Below, one piece after another: positions 42,295-51,597 of a stretch of DNA of 64,000 nucleotides. The notes below the pieces were generated by a model that saw nothing but the letters and a program-made list of their open reading frames with translations, was not told where the DNA came from and did not search any database. Position 1 is the first letter of the stretch. Every line of letters starts with the position of its first letter. Location: assembly GCA_028344675.1 (NCBI GenBank), contig JAOMBT010000001.1, positions 14,998 through 78,997 of the forward strand. Direction: 5' to 3'. The position numbers and the translations under genes are program-made. The stretch comes from Acidimicrobiaceae bacterium. Lineage in GTDB: Bacteria > Actinomycetota > Acidimicrobiia > Actinomarinales > Actinomarinaceae.

Positions 42295-43071
42295 ATGAAG
42301 ATAGTTAGGGCAAAATTTCAAGGTGACATATTTTACGGAGAGTTAATTGATGATAAAGTTCTTAGGTATGAAGGCTCACCTTTTGTAGTTTGGGAACCAA
42401 CTGAGGAAAAATATTATCTAGATGAAATACAACTTTTATCTCCAGTACTGCCAAGTAAGGTAACTGGTGTTGCAAAAAACTTTCATAAACACGCAGTAGA
42501 GCTGGGCGTACATGACTATACCGCTCCTAGAAACCCTGTTTTTTTTAATAAGCCTTCAACCTCTGTCATTGGTACTGGGGAATCGATAATATACCCGCCA
42601 ATTGCACAACATGTTGATCATGAAGCCGAGTTAGCTATTGTAATTGGAAAAATAAGCAAAAACCTAACTCCTACAAATTGGTCTGAACATGTTTTGGGAA
42701 TTACTATTGGAAATGATTTGTCTGAGAGAGTTTTACAAGGTCAAGATGGCACATTTAATGGGAACTTTACTAGAGCAAAAAGTTTTGATACTTTTTGTCC
42801 TTTAGGCCCAGTTATCCAAACTGAATTTGAACAAAGTCCAGAACTCGATATTAAATGCTTTGTAAATGGTGAACTTAAACAAGATGGAAATACCAGAGAT
42901 ATGATATTTTCAATTGAAGAAATTGTTTGTTTTGTAAGTTCTATTATGACCCTTCTACCAGGAGATGTAATTCTTACAGGTACACCAGAAGGAGTTTCTA
43001 AAGTTGGACCTGGTGATGAGATTAAAATTCAAATTGAAACAATAGGAACTTTAATAAATACAGTAAAATAA
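42295..43071 (+). CDS. Fumarylacetoacetate hydrolase family protein
   Basis: It has an FAH C-terminal-domain pattern (HEAELAIVIGK, GNDLSER, LLPGDVILTGTPEGV). Confidence 0.85.
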   Translation: MKIVRAKFQGDIFYGELIDDKVLRYEGSPFVVWEPTEEKYYLDEIQLLSPVLPSKVTGVAKNFHKHAVELGVHDYTAPRNPVFFNKPSTSVIGTGESIIYPPIAQHVDHEAELAIVIGKISKNLTPTNWSEHVLGITIGNDLSERVLQGQDGTFNGNFTRAKSFDTFCPLGPVIQTEFEQSPELDIKCFVNGELKQDGNTRDMIFSIEEIVCFVSSIMTLLPGDVILTGTPEGVSKVGPGDEIKIQIETIGTLINTVK

Positions 43072-44381
43072 TGAAATTAAGAATTGCCCCCTCACCTACT
43101 GGTAAATTACATATAGGAAATGCACGAACTGCTCTTTTTAATTGGCTGTATGCAAAAGCAAATAACGGTACATTTTTAGTGAGAATAGATGACACTGACA
43201 CTGAAAGAAGCACAGAAGCATTCAAGAATGATATTATTGAAAATTTTAAATGGTTAGGTATTGATTGGGATGAAGGTGTCGATGTAGGTGGACCTCACGG
43301 AGATTATAAACAATCTCAACGTTTTGATAGGTATCAAGAAGTGGCAGACCAGTTACTATCCGAGGGATTTGCATATGAAGATAAAGGTGCAATTAGGTTT
43401 AAAGTCCCGCAGGATGGATCTATAGATTTCAAGGATTATGTTAGAGGGAATATGTCTTTTAATTTATCAGATGTAGAAGATTTTGTTATATTACGCTCTG
43501 ATAAATCACCAACATATCATCTTGCTTCAACGGTAGATGATATTGATTATGGAATAACATTGATAGCTAGGGGAGAAGATATATTGTCTTCAACACCAAA
43601 ACATATATTAATAATGCAAGCTCTAAATTCATCTCTTCCAGACTTCTGCCATCTACCATTACTTTTTGGTCCAGATGGAAAAAAATTAAGTAAACGTCAT
43701 GGTGATACTTCAGTTGAAGCTTTTAGAGATAAAGGAATACTTCAAGTTGCAATGTTTAATTATTTATGTTTATTAGGTTGGTCACCTGGAAATGATCTTG
43801 AAAAGTTTGATTCAGAATTAGCTATTCAAAAGTTTGATTTAAACAATGTGTTGCCTAATTCTGCAATATTCGATGAAAAAAAACTTCTATGGCTAAACGG
43901 TTTCTATATAAGAACTACTGAACAAAAAGAATTTGAAAAAACAGCTATAAATCAAATTGAAAAAGATATTAACAGACCATTTTTTTCTGATGAGCTAAAC
44001 AGGGTATCAAAGATCTTACCTTCAGTACAAGAAAGAATAGAAACATTAAATGATTTGACTCCTCAGATTATATTTTTGCTTGATGAGCCTTTTGTAATTA
44101 ATTCAGAAGATTGGGACTCTGTTAATTCAGAAGAAGCACAAAGTTATCTTGAAAGTATTAGGGAAAAATTTAAAGTTCTAACCGATTTCTCAATTGAAAA
44201 TATAGAGTCCATTATGAGGGAAACGATAAAAGAATTGGACATAAAAACCAAAATTGGTTTTCAAGCTACAAGAGTTGCAATAACAGGAACAAAGATAAGT
44301 CCTCCTTTATTTGAATCAATATATTCTCTTGGAAAAGAGACATCTATAGCTCGTTTAGCTGAAACTATCGAAAAATTGTAA
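43071..44381 (+). CDS. gltX: Glutamate--tRNA ligase (probably non-discriminating)
   Basis: It has the HIGH motif PSPTGKLHIGNARTA and the KMSKS motif KLSKRHG. Confidence 0.95.
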   Translation: MKLRIAPSPTGKLHIGNARTALFNWLYAKANNGTFLVRIDDTDTERSTEAFKNDIIENFKWLGIDWDEGVDVGGPHGDYKQSQRFDRYQEVADQLLSEGFAYEDKGAIRFKVPQDGSIDFKDYVRGNMSFNLSDVEDFVILRSDKSPTYHLASTVDDIDYGITLIARGEDILSSTPKHILIMQALNSSLPDFCHLPLLFGPDGKKLSKRHGDTSVEAFRDKGILQVAMFNYLCLLGWSPGNDLEKFDSELAIQKFDLNNVLPNSAIFDEKKLLWLNGFYIRTTEQKEFEKTAINQIEKDINRPFFSDELNRVSKILPSVQERIETLNDLTPQIIFLLDEPFVINSEDWDSVNSEEAQSYLESIREKFKVLTDFSIENIESIMRETIKELDIKTKIGFQATRVAITGTKISPPLFESIYSLGKETSIARLAETIEKL

Positions 44382-44420
44382 CAACTAATAATTAAAATAC
44401 TTTATTCTTAATATTTATAC

Positions 44421-44493
44421 GGCCCCGTCGTCCAGAGGCCTAGGACGCTGGGTTTTCAACCCAGAAACGCCGGTTCGAATCCGGTCGGGGCTG
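44421..44493 (+). tRNA. tRNA-Glu (anticodon UUC)
   Basis: I folded the cloverleaf by hand. The acceptor is GGCCCCG/CGGGGCT, the anticodon arm CTGGG-TTTTCAA-CCCAG and the T arm GCCGG-TTCGAAT-CCGGT. No CCA is encoded. Confidence 0.9.
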
Positions 44494-44500
44494 CAATCTT

Positions 44501-44572
44501 TCGGGGATGGTGTAATTGGCAACACAATGGGTTCTGGTCCCATCGTTGAGGGTTCAAATCCTTCTCCCCGAG
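44501..44572 (+). tRNA. tRNA-Gln (anticodon CUG)
   Basis: The acceptor is TCGGGGA/TCCCCGA (U1-A72), the anticodon arm ATGGG-TTCTGGT-CCCAT and the T arm GAGGG-TTCAAAT-CCTTC. Confidence 0.9.
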
Positions 44573-44576
44573 CAGA

Positions 44577-44649
44577 GGCCCCGTCGTCTAGAGGCCTAGG
44601 ACGCTGCCCTCTCAAGGCAGAAACGCCGGTTCAAATCCGGTCGGGGCTG
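44577..44649 (+). tRNA. tRNA-Glu (anticodon CUC)
   Basis: It has the same scaffold as the first tRNA-Glu. The anticodon arm is CTGCC-CTCTCAA-GGCAG. Confidence 0.9.
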
Positions 44650-45255
44650 CTATATTGATAGCTTTTTGTACCATCTTGGTGTATTTTTCAAAAAAATTTT
44701 TAAATCCTCAGGAGTATCTAGTTCAAAGTAAAGTTCTTTATTAAATATCTGTTTAAATTCAATTTTTTGTTTTTTTAAAAGATTTGTATGTTCAATAAAA
44801 CTATTTTTTCCATATTGGAAATTATTATAAAATACACTTCCTCCAAACAAAGGTGTCCCACTATCATTACTTTCTGCAATTACTACTTTATTATTTTCTA
44901 TTTCATTCAAAAATATGGAAATGTTGTATTTGTTTAGATAGGGGAGATCCGCATGACATATTGCCCATTTATTATATTTTGTTATTAATGTGCTAAATTT
45001 TTTAATTTCATTATTTAAACCGCTTACGTTTGCACTATAAAAATTTACATTTAATTCTTCTGCAGTCAGTTCTATATCTTTACTGTTTGATATTAAAAAT
45101 ATGTCAGTATTCTCTCTTTTAAAGCATTTAACAGTGTTAATTAGCAGTGCCCGTTGAACTATTTGTCTCGTTTGCAAATCAATACTATTACTAAGCCTTG
45201 ACATGGGGTTATCAAAACTATTAATAGGTATTCCAATTATTATTTTTGTATTCAT
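44650..45255 (-). CDS. CofC/FbiD-like guanylyltransferase (F420 biosynthesis family; MobA-like NTP transferase fold)
   Basis: The pattern IPINSF...SRL, HADLPYL, SGTPLF, QYGKNSFIEH and ELDTPEDL matches my recollection of CofC/FbiD conserved blocks. Confidence 0.55.
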   Translation of the reverse strand: MNTKIIIGIPINSFDNPMSRLSNSIDLQTRQIVQRALLINTVKCFKRENTDIFLISNSKDIELTAEELNVNFYSANVSGLNNEIKKFSTLITKYNKWAICHADLPYLNKYNISIFLNEIENNKVVIAESNDSGTPLFGGSVFYNNFQYGKNSFIEHTNLLKKQKIEFKQIFNKELYFELDTPEDLKIFLKNTPRWYKKLSI

Positions 45256-45299
45256 ATTCCTAAATTTGTTATACCATGCTATTAAAGTATTTAATCAAT

Positions 45300-46694
45300 A
45301 TGAATAGAAAAACAAAAATTATTGCAACTGTTGGTCCCAGCCTACATTCTGAACAAAAAATACATAAAGTTATTCAACAAGGTGTAGATGTTTTAAGATT
45401 AAATTTTTCTCATGGCTCAATGGAAGATCATCAAAATGTAATAAAGTGGGCTAAATCTTCAAAGATAAATGTAGCTGTGATGCAAGATATACAAGGTCCA
45501 AAGATAAGAACTGGTCTATCAGAAGAGACGACAGTCCTTAAAAAAAGTAAAAAAATTGTTATTACTAATGAGGAATGTATATCTAACGACAAAACTATTT
45601 TTATAAATTATAAAGATTTAATAAACGATATTAATGTTGAAGATCGAATTTTTATTGATGATGGACAAGTTGTTCTCAAAGTAGTTAAGAAGAACAAAAA
45701 TTCTTTAGAAGCTTTAATTTTAATAGGTGGTGAATTAAGAGATAATCAAGGAGTTGCTTTCCCTGATTCAAATCTTTCAGTTTCTGCAATAACACCAAAA
45801 GATGTAGATGATTTAAAATTTGGTAGTAATAATGATGTAGATTTTGTTGCAGTTTCATTTGTCAGAAATGCTGATGATGTTAAAACCGTAAAAGAACTTA
45901 TACCCAAAGATATAAAGGTAATTGCAAAAATAGAATTAAAAATAGCATTAGACAATATTGAGGAAATATTAGAAGTTGCTGATGGTGTAATGGTTGCTAG
46001 AGGAGATTTGGGCGTTCAGTTGCCAATAGAACAAGTTCCCTTCATACAAAAACAAATATTAAATGCAGCTAATTCAAGAGGAAAAATTTCAATCACTGCT
46101 ACCGAAATGCTTCAGTCTATGAAAACTTCATACAGGCCAACTCGCGCAGAGGTAACTGATATAACAAATGCAATTTTAGAAGGTTCCGATGCTGTTATGC
46201 TTTCAGCGGAAACTTCAATTGGAGAACATCCAAACCGGGCAGTAGAAGTGATGTCTACTATTTGTTCTGAAACTGATGCAAGAAATGATACATCAACACT
46301 TAGTTTTAAAGAATCATCCTCTATAGATGAATTGACAACTACATTAGCCAGAGCAGCAGTACAAGTAGCAAATGATATCGACGCTAGAGCAATTGTTGCC
46401 TTTACAGAAACAGGCAGAACACCTTTATTGATTTCAAACTTCAGACCTAAATCATCAATAGTTACTTTCACTTCTAAATCAAAAACGTATAACCAGATGA
46501 GCTTGTTGTGGGGTGTAGAACAATACAAAATTGATAGAAAAAACACTTTCGAAGAAATGCTGTCTGATGCAAATGACTTTTTAATAAATGAAAAAAAATA
46601 TAGTAAAGGTGATAAAGTTGTTGTTGTTGCTGGAACACCTCCAAATGTTGAAGCAGCAACAAACTTAATTAGAGTGCATAGAATAGGAGAGTAA
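45300..46694 (+). CDS. pyk: Pyruvate kinase
   Basis: It has RKTKIIATVGPS, MVARGDLGV and AVMLSAETS. I prefer the ATG at 45300 by homology. An alternative in-frame ATG lies at 45276. Confidence 0.93.
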   Translation: MNRKTKIIATVGPSLHSEQKIHKVIQQGVDVLRLNFSHGSMEDHQNVIKWAKSSKINVAVMQDIQGPKIRTGLSEETTVLKKSKKIVITNEECISNDKTIFINYKDLINDINVEDRIFIDDGQVVLKVVKKNKNSLEALILIGGELRDNQGVAFPDSNLSVSAITPKDVDDLKFGSNNDVDFVAVSFVRNADDVKTVKELIPKDIKVIAKIELKIALDNIEEILEVADGVMVARGDLGVQLPIEQVPFIQKQILNAANSRGKISITATEMLQSMKTSYRPTRAEVTDITNAILEGSDAVMLSAETSIGEHPNRAVEVMSTICSETDARNDTSTLSFKESSSIDELTTTLARAAVQVANDIDARAIVAFTETGRTPLLISNFRPKSSIVTFTSKSKTYNQMSLLWGVEQYKIDRKNTFEEMLSDANDFLINEKKYSKGDKVVVVAGTPPNVEAATNLIRVHRIGE

Positions 46695-46696
46695 TT

Positions 46697-46999
46697 ATGG
46701 GTCAGATTATAGAAGTTAAGACTACAAAACTTAACAAAACAGTTATTTTTGATTTAAATCGCTCCGTTTCTGGACAAGAAGGTATGAATTTTAGTAATAT
46801 TTCTGAGGCTTCTTTAGTCCCTGATGTGAGTGGACAATTAGCTCTAAAATTATTTCAAGAAATAAATGATATTGATTGTATTTTTATACAATCAAATATT
46901 GTAACAGTTAATTTTAGAAGAAATATTGGAAATGATACTGCCAAAATTGAGGATACATTAAAAAACTTTTTTATATTTTATAAGGAAAACTCAAATTGA
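46697..46999 (+). CDS. Hypothetical protein, possibly an Nfu N-terminal-like domain
   Basis: It is 100 aa, and LALKLFQEINDIDCIFIQSNIVTV weakly resembles the Nfu_N pattern. It lies 2 nt after pyk. Confidence 0.4.
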   Translation: MGQIIEVKTTKLNKTVIFDLNRSVSGQEGMNFSNISEASLVPDVSGQLALKLFQEINDIDCIFIQSNIVTVNFRRNIGNDTAKIEDTLKNFFIFYKENSN

Positions 47000-47937
47000 A
47001 AATTGGAATTACGGGCGCATCAGGGTTTACAGGAAAAAGACTTTCCAGTGAGCTTCAAGAAAAAGGTTATGAAGTTTTTAAATTTGTAAGAAGAGAACCT
47101 AAAAATGAAAATGAAATTTATTGGAGTCCTTCTAAACAAGAAATAGATGTAGATAAGTTTAAAACTTTAGATGCTATTGTGCATTTAGCTGGAGAGTCAT
47201 TAGCACCAAAAGATATTACTGGCTTCTTACCATTAAGTGGAGGTAGGTGGTCTAAAGAGAAAAAATCAAGAATATACTGGTCTAGGAAATGGGCTGCAGA
47301 TCTTTTTGTTAAAACATTTAATGAAAGTGACAACTATCCAAAAATATTCATCACAGCATCTGGAACTACAATATATGGAGATCATAAAGATGAAATTATT
47401 ACAGAAAATACAAGAACATTTAATAGAGGAACTTTTGACCAATTAGTTGCAGAAGAAGCATGGGAGGAGCCATTAAATCTTATAGAAAAAAAAGATCTAA
47501 GAATCGTCAAAGCTAGAAAAGGATTTGTTTTAGGAAAAGGAAATATAGCAACTCAAATTGTTACCTTAACAACTAAATTAAATATTTCAGGTCCACTAGG
47601 CAAAGGCAATCAATTTTGGTCATGGATTTCTATTGAGGATGTTGTACAGGCATATATCTTCTGTTTAGAAAACGATAACATTGCAGGTCCGGTAAATTTT
47701 GTATCCCCAGTTCCAGTAGAACAAAAAGAATTTTCAAAACGCTTTTCAAAGGTATTTAAAAAATTATCTATGCTTCCAGCTCCCCAAATTGCAATTAACA
47801 TCTTAATGGGTTCTGAACTTGCTCATGGTTTAATCTTTTGTAGTTTAAGAATTATTCCAGAGAAATTACTAAAAGAAGGTTTTAAATTTCGTTATCCTTT
47901 AATAGAAGATTATGCTGAGGTGTTAAAAAATGACTAA
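46996..47937 (+). CDS. TIGR01777/YfcH-type NAD-binding epimerase-family protein (SDR39U1, DUF1731 C-terminus)
   Basis: It has the Rossmann motif ITGASGFTGKRL, the HLAGE and RWS..K.....SR pattern, and a C-terminal GFKFRYP. Confidence 0.78.
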   Translation: MKIGITGASGFTGKRLSSELQEKGYEVFKFVRREPKNENEIYWSPSKQEIDVDKFKTLDAIVHLAGESLAPKDITGFLPLSGGRWSKEKKSRIYWSRKWAADLFVKTFNESDNYPKIFITASGTTIYGDHKDEIITENTRTFNRGTFDQLVAEEAWEEPLNLIEKKDLRIVKARKGFVLGKGNIATQIVTLTTKLNISGPLGKGNQFWSWISIEDVVQAYIFCLENDNIAGPVNFVSPVPVEQKEFSKRFSKVFKKLSMLPAPQIAINILMGSELAHGLIFCSLRIIPEKLLKEGFKFRYPLIEDYAEVLKND

Positions 47938-48286
47938 AAGTTATGAAGAAAGAATGGCTGAGAAATATAATTTTCTAAAAAAAGATGAGGATATAAATAA
48001 AACTCAACCAACTATTAAAAAAAATAAGGATAAAGATGATGTTATTTCAAGTGAAAATATTGAAGATAAAAATGTAAGTGAAGATAGCTTATTAGTACCT
48101 CTAGATGCTTGGAATACTGTTTTAAATCAACTTGGTAATTTACATGAGGCAAGTCAACAAATGGCTGAGGCAAGAGAGCGTGCAGCAAAAGCTGAAGCAG
48201 AGGCAGAATTTCTTAGGGAAAAGTTAAAAAATACCCGTCAGCAACTTGAAGATAACAATAAAAAGAAAAGATTTTTCTTTTTCTAA
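47930..48286 (+). CDS. Hypothetical Lys/Glu-rich coiled-coil protein
   Basis: It is 118 aa with a helix-forming AEARERAAKAEAEAEFLREKL stretch and ends in KKKRFFFF. It overlaps neighbours at both ends. Confidence 0.45.
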   Translation: MTKSYEERMAEKYNFLKKDEDINKTQPTIKKNKDKDDVISSENIEDKNVSEDSLLVPLDAWNTVLNQLGNLHEASQQMAEARERAAKAEAEAEFLREKLKNTRQQLEDNNKKKRFFFF

Positions 48287-49500
48287 TACATCTCTTGATT
48301 ATCAGAAACTCCTCTGATAATAACAAACGAAATTATTAGTAATATTATAAGTACACCCATTGCAGGGTTTCTTCCAAGTCCCAAAGTGTTTACAACGAAT
48401 CCCCAAAGTAGGGGCCCCAGTATTGTTGCAAACCTTCCTACAGTTGAATATAGGCCATAAAACTCTCCCAGATGTTTTTCAGGGCTAAGGCGAGTCATAA
48501 AAACTCTATCAACTGCAAAGATTCCACCAATATTGAAGCCTCCAATTACTCCAGTCACATAAATTAGCCAAATTTGATCAAACTCGGTCGCAATAATAGC
48601 TATTCCAAGTGAAAGCATCCAACATACTAAACTAATTAATGTTAATTTTCTTGGGCCGTATTTATCAGCTGCTTTCCCAAAGACGTAGCCTCCTATGATT
48701 GAGATTATTATTGCCAGGCCAAGTAATTCTTGGCTATCTGTTGGACTTAAGCCTACTTCTTCTACTAAATAGACAGCAAGTAGACCACTAATAAGTGTAT
48801 TGATAGCATCTGCATAAAAGAAACGTCCAATTAAAAATCTTGTTAATCCTGTATATTGTGTTGAATGTTTCCAAGATTTAATGACTAATGATAATGATTC
48901 AGTAATACGAATTAATGATTTTTTATCACTCACCTTTTTTTCTTCAATAAATAAAAAAGCAGGCAGAGAGAATATTAAAAACATAATTGCAACTGATCTG
49001 AATATTTCAACATAGCTATAGCCAAAATTTTGTAAAATAGTAGCTACTCCAAATCCCAGTAAAGACCCAACATACCCAAATGCGACACCAGTTCCAGAAA
49101 TTCTTCCTCTATTTTCAGGTGTGCTAACAGAAACTAGTAATGCATCATAGACTACTGACCCAAGATTAAAACCAATTAACGAAACAATAAACAATAGTAC
49201 AGAGATGCCCACATCAAATGTTCCTAAAAAGAATGTAGCTAGTATGCATATTAAAGTAGTAATTAAAAGCATCGGTTTTTTACCTTGGGATCCATCAGAC
49301 CTCGCTCCAACCCAAGGACCTAGAATTGCAACCACAATCATAGCCCCTGATGTAGCAAAGCCTAAAGCCTGATCTGTCCAACCTTGCTCAGTAACCAACC
49401 ACACAGAGAAGTACAAACCAGGTATTACAAAGGCATATAATGTATTAGCTAAATCAAAGAAAAGCCAGGAATAGAGACTTCTCTTTTTAATGGAGTTCAT
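48283..49500 (-). CDS. MFS transporter, UMF1/Atg22-like family
   Basis: It is a 12-TM protein whose N-terminal YSWLFFDLANTLYAF resembles the UMF1 signature. Confidence 0.78.
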   Translation of the reverse strand: MNSIKKRSLYSWLFFDLANTLYAFVIPGLYFSVWLVTEQGWTDQALGFATSGAMIVVAILGPWVGARSDGSQGKKPMLLITTLICILATFFLGTFDVGISVLLFIVSLIGFNLGSVVYDALLVSVSTPENRGRISGTGVAFGYVGSLLGFGVATILQNFGYSYVEIFRSVAIMFLIFSLPAFLFIEEKKVSDKKSLIRITESLSLVIKSWKHSTQYTGLTRFLIGRFFYADAINTLISGLLAVYLVEEVGLSPTDSQELLGLAIIISIIGGYVFGKAADKYGPRKLTLISLVCWMLSLGIAIIATEFDQIWLIYVTGVIGGFNIGGIFAVDRVFMTRLSPEKHLGEFYGLYSTVGRFATILGPLLWGFVVNTLGLGRNPAMGVLIILLIISFVIIRGVSDNQEMY

Positions 49501-50687
49501 TTAATTTCTTTAATAGCCTTAGAAAATCTATTTAGGCCTTCATTTAAATCTTTATCACTTAGCGCATAAGAGCATCTGAGAAATCCATTCTTACCAAATA
49601 CTTCTCCTGGGACAAATGCAATATAGTATTCATCCAAAAGCCAATTACAAAAATCTATTGAGTTACTTACCCCACTTATGACATTATTCTTGCAATAAAA
49701 GCTAATATCAGGAAAAAGATAAAAAGCTCCTTGTGATTTTATGAGATTAACATTCTCGACATTGTTAAATGCATCTATAGCAAAAATTCTTCTTCTATTA
49801 AAACTTTCTTTCATCTTGTTAGTTTCATCAAGCCCGTTCTTTAATGCTGAATAAGCCGCAATCTGTGAAACATTAGCAACATTTGATGTAGCGTGAGATT
49901 GAACTTTTTTTGCCATATTAATGACTTCTGAATTTGCAATAATCCAACCCACTCTCCAACCAGTCATAGAGTAAGCTTTTGCTACACCATTAATGACTAT
50001 TGTGTTTGTTAAATCTTTGTCATATTGGGCAGGAGATGGCGAGGTTTCACCTTCATATACTAAATGTTCATAAAGTTCATCTGAAAGTATCCAAATATCA
50101 TTTTCAAATGCCCAGTTATAAATAGTTTCTGCTTCATCTTTTGAGTAAACCACTCCAGTTGGATTTGATGGAGAGACCCATACTAAAATTTTTGTTTTTT
50201 CAGTTTTAAGCTCATCGAGCTGTTGTACATTTATTTTAAAATCATCTTCAAACTCTGTATCGACAATTATAGGATTACCACCAGCAATTTTTACAGCTTC
50301 GGGATAGGTAGTCCAATAAGGAGATGGTATGAGAACTTCATCACCAGGGTCAAGTACCGACATGAATGTTGTTAATATCGCATGCTTTCCTCCATTACTG
50401 ACTAACACATGTTCTGGGTTAACATCAAAACCTGAATAAAGTCCTGTGGTTCTAGCAATTTCTTCTCTTAAAATATTTAGACCAGCTACAGGAGAGTATT
50501 TATGATTTGCAGGATCCTCTGCAGCGATTTGGACATCTTTAATTACATAACTAGGAGTTGGGAAATCTGGCTCTCCTGCTCCAAATCCTATTACAGGTTT
50601 TCCTTGCTCCTTTAGTTGTCGTGCCTTATTTGATATTGCCATCGTTCCAGATGGAGTAATTGATTTACTTAGTTTTGAAATATCCAT
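49497..50687 (-). CDS. Class I pyridoxal-phosphate aminotransferase (aspartate aminotransferase-like)
   Basis: It has GEPDFPTP, the PLP-Lys region NGVAKAYSMTGWRVGW and NPTG. Confidence 0.9.
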   Translation of the reverse strand: MDISKLSKSITPSGTMAISNKARQLKEQGKPVIGFGAGEPDFPTPSYVIKDVQIAAEDPANHKYSPVAGLNILREEIARTTGLYSGFDVNPEHVLVSNGGKHAILTTFMSVLDPGDEVLIPSPYWTTYPEAVKIAGGNPIIVDTEFEDDFKINVQQLDELKTEKTKILVWVSPSNPTGVVYSKDEAETIYNWAFENDIWILSDELYEHLVYEGETSPSPAQYDKDLTNTIVINGVAKAYSMTGWRVGWIIANSEVINMAKKVQSHATSNVANVSQIAAYSALKNGLDETNKMKESFNRRRIFAIDAFNNVENVNLIKSQGAFYLFPDISFYCKNNVISGVSNSIDFCNWLLDEYYIAFVPGEVFGKNGFLRCSYALSDKDLNEGLNRFSKAIKEIK

Positions 50688-50760
50688 TTATCTTTCTTTC
50701 ATGAGTTATTTTAACCATAATATATTCAAAACTATGCTTAGCTTTTATTAAACTAAATAT

Positions 50761-51597
50761 ATGGAGAAATTACTTTTGGGGAAACCAGTTGCAGATTTTC
50801 TTGATAAAAATAGTCAGAAAATTATATCTGAATATACAAGTAAGTTTAAAAAGCAACCAATTCTTACGGCAATTACTGTTGGTGATAATCCAGCATCATT
50901 ATTGTATGTTTCACGAAAAGAAGATAAGGCAAAAGAACTTGGGGTAACCTTTAATTGGATTAAACTTTCACAGGATTCATCATCTGGTGAAGTTTTAGAT
51001 GTAATCGAGAAATCAAAAACTATTTCCCAAGGGATAATTATCCAACTGCCCTTACCAGATCAATTTAACTTTGAAGAAATTGTAAATCTTATTCCACCAG
51101 ATTTAGATGTTGATGGACTATCAACACACAATTTGGGTTATTTATTTTCAAGTACACCAAAAATTATCCCTGCTACATCATTGGCTATTTTGGAGCTATT
51201 AAAATTTTATGATATTGAAACTGAAGATAAAAATATTGTTATTGCTGGCCGTTCAAGGTTAGTATCTTCACCTTTATCTAAGTTACTTAGTAGTAAAATG
51301 TACAACGCTAACGTCACAGTAGTTCATAGTAAAACTACAAATTTGAAAAATTATATCAATCAAGCTGATATTTTTATTTCCGCAATTGGAAAAGGTAAAA
51401 TTTTTAATAAAAGCTTTTTTAAAGAAAAGGCAGTAATTATTGACGTAGGGATTTCAAGAGTTGGTGAAAAGAATCTTGGTGATATAGACCCTACTAATCT
51501 AGAAGAATATGTAGTAGCTAGATCTCCATTTCCCGGTGGCGTAGGTCCTATTACTGTTTCAGCTCTATTTTCAAATCTTGCAGAATTGATTAAATAG
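50761..51597 (+). CDS. folD: Bifunctional methylenetetrahydrofolate dehydrogenase/cyclohydrolase
   Basis: It has FolD motifs (VGDNPASLLYV, QLPLP, PGGVGPITV). Confidence 0.92.
   Translation: MEKLLLGKPVADFLDKNSQKIISEYTSKFKKQPILTAITVGDNPASLLYVSRKEDKAKELGVTFNWIKLSQDSSSGEVLDVIEKSKTISQGIIIQLPLPDQFNFEEIVNLIPPDLDVDGLSTHNLGYLFSSTPKIIPATSLAILELLKFYDIETEDKNIVIAGRSRLVSSPLSKLLSSKMYNANVTVVHSKTTNLKNYINQADIFISAIGKGKIFNKSFFKEKAVIIDVGISRVGEKNLGDIDPTNLEEYVVARSPFPGGVGPITVSALFSNLAELIK

Noticed and set aside
44415-44615. A 66-aa ORF on the minus strand (MRGQRPRPLDDGAS...).
   Set aside because: It lies entirely antisense to the three tRNA genes. Its repetitive RPRPLDDGA peptide is just the reverse translation of the duplicated tRNA-Glu sequence.
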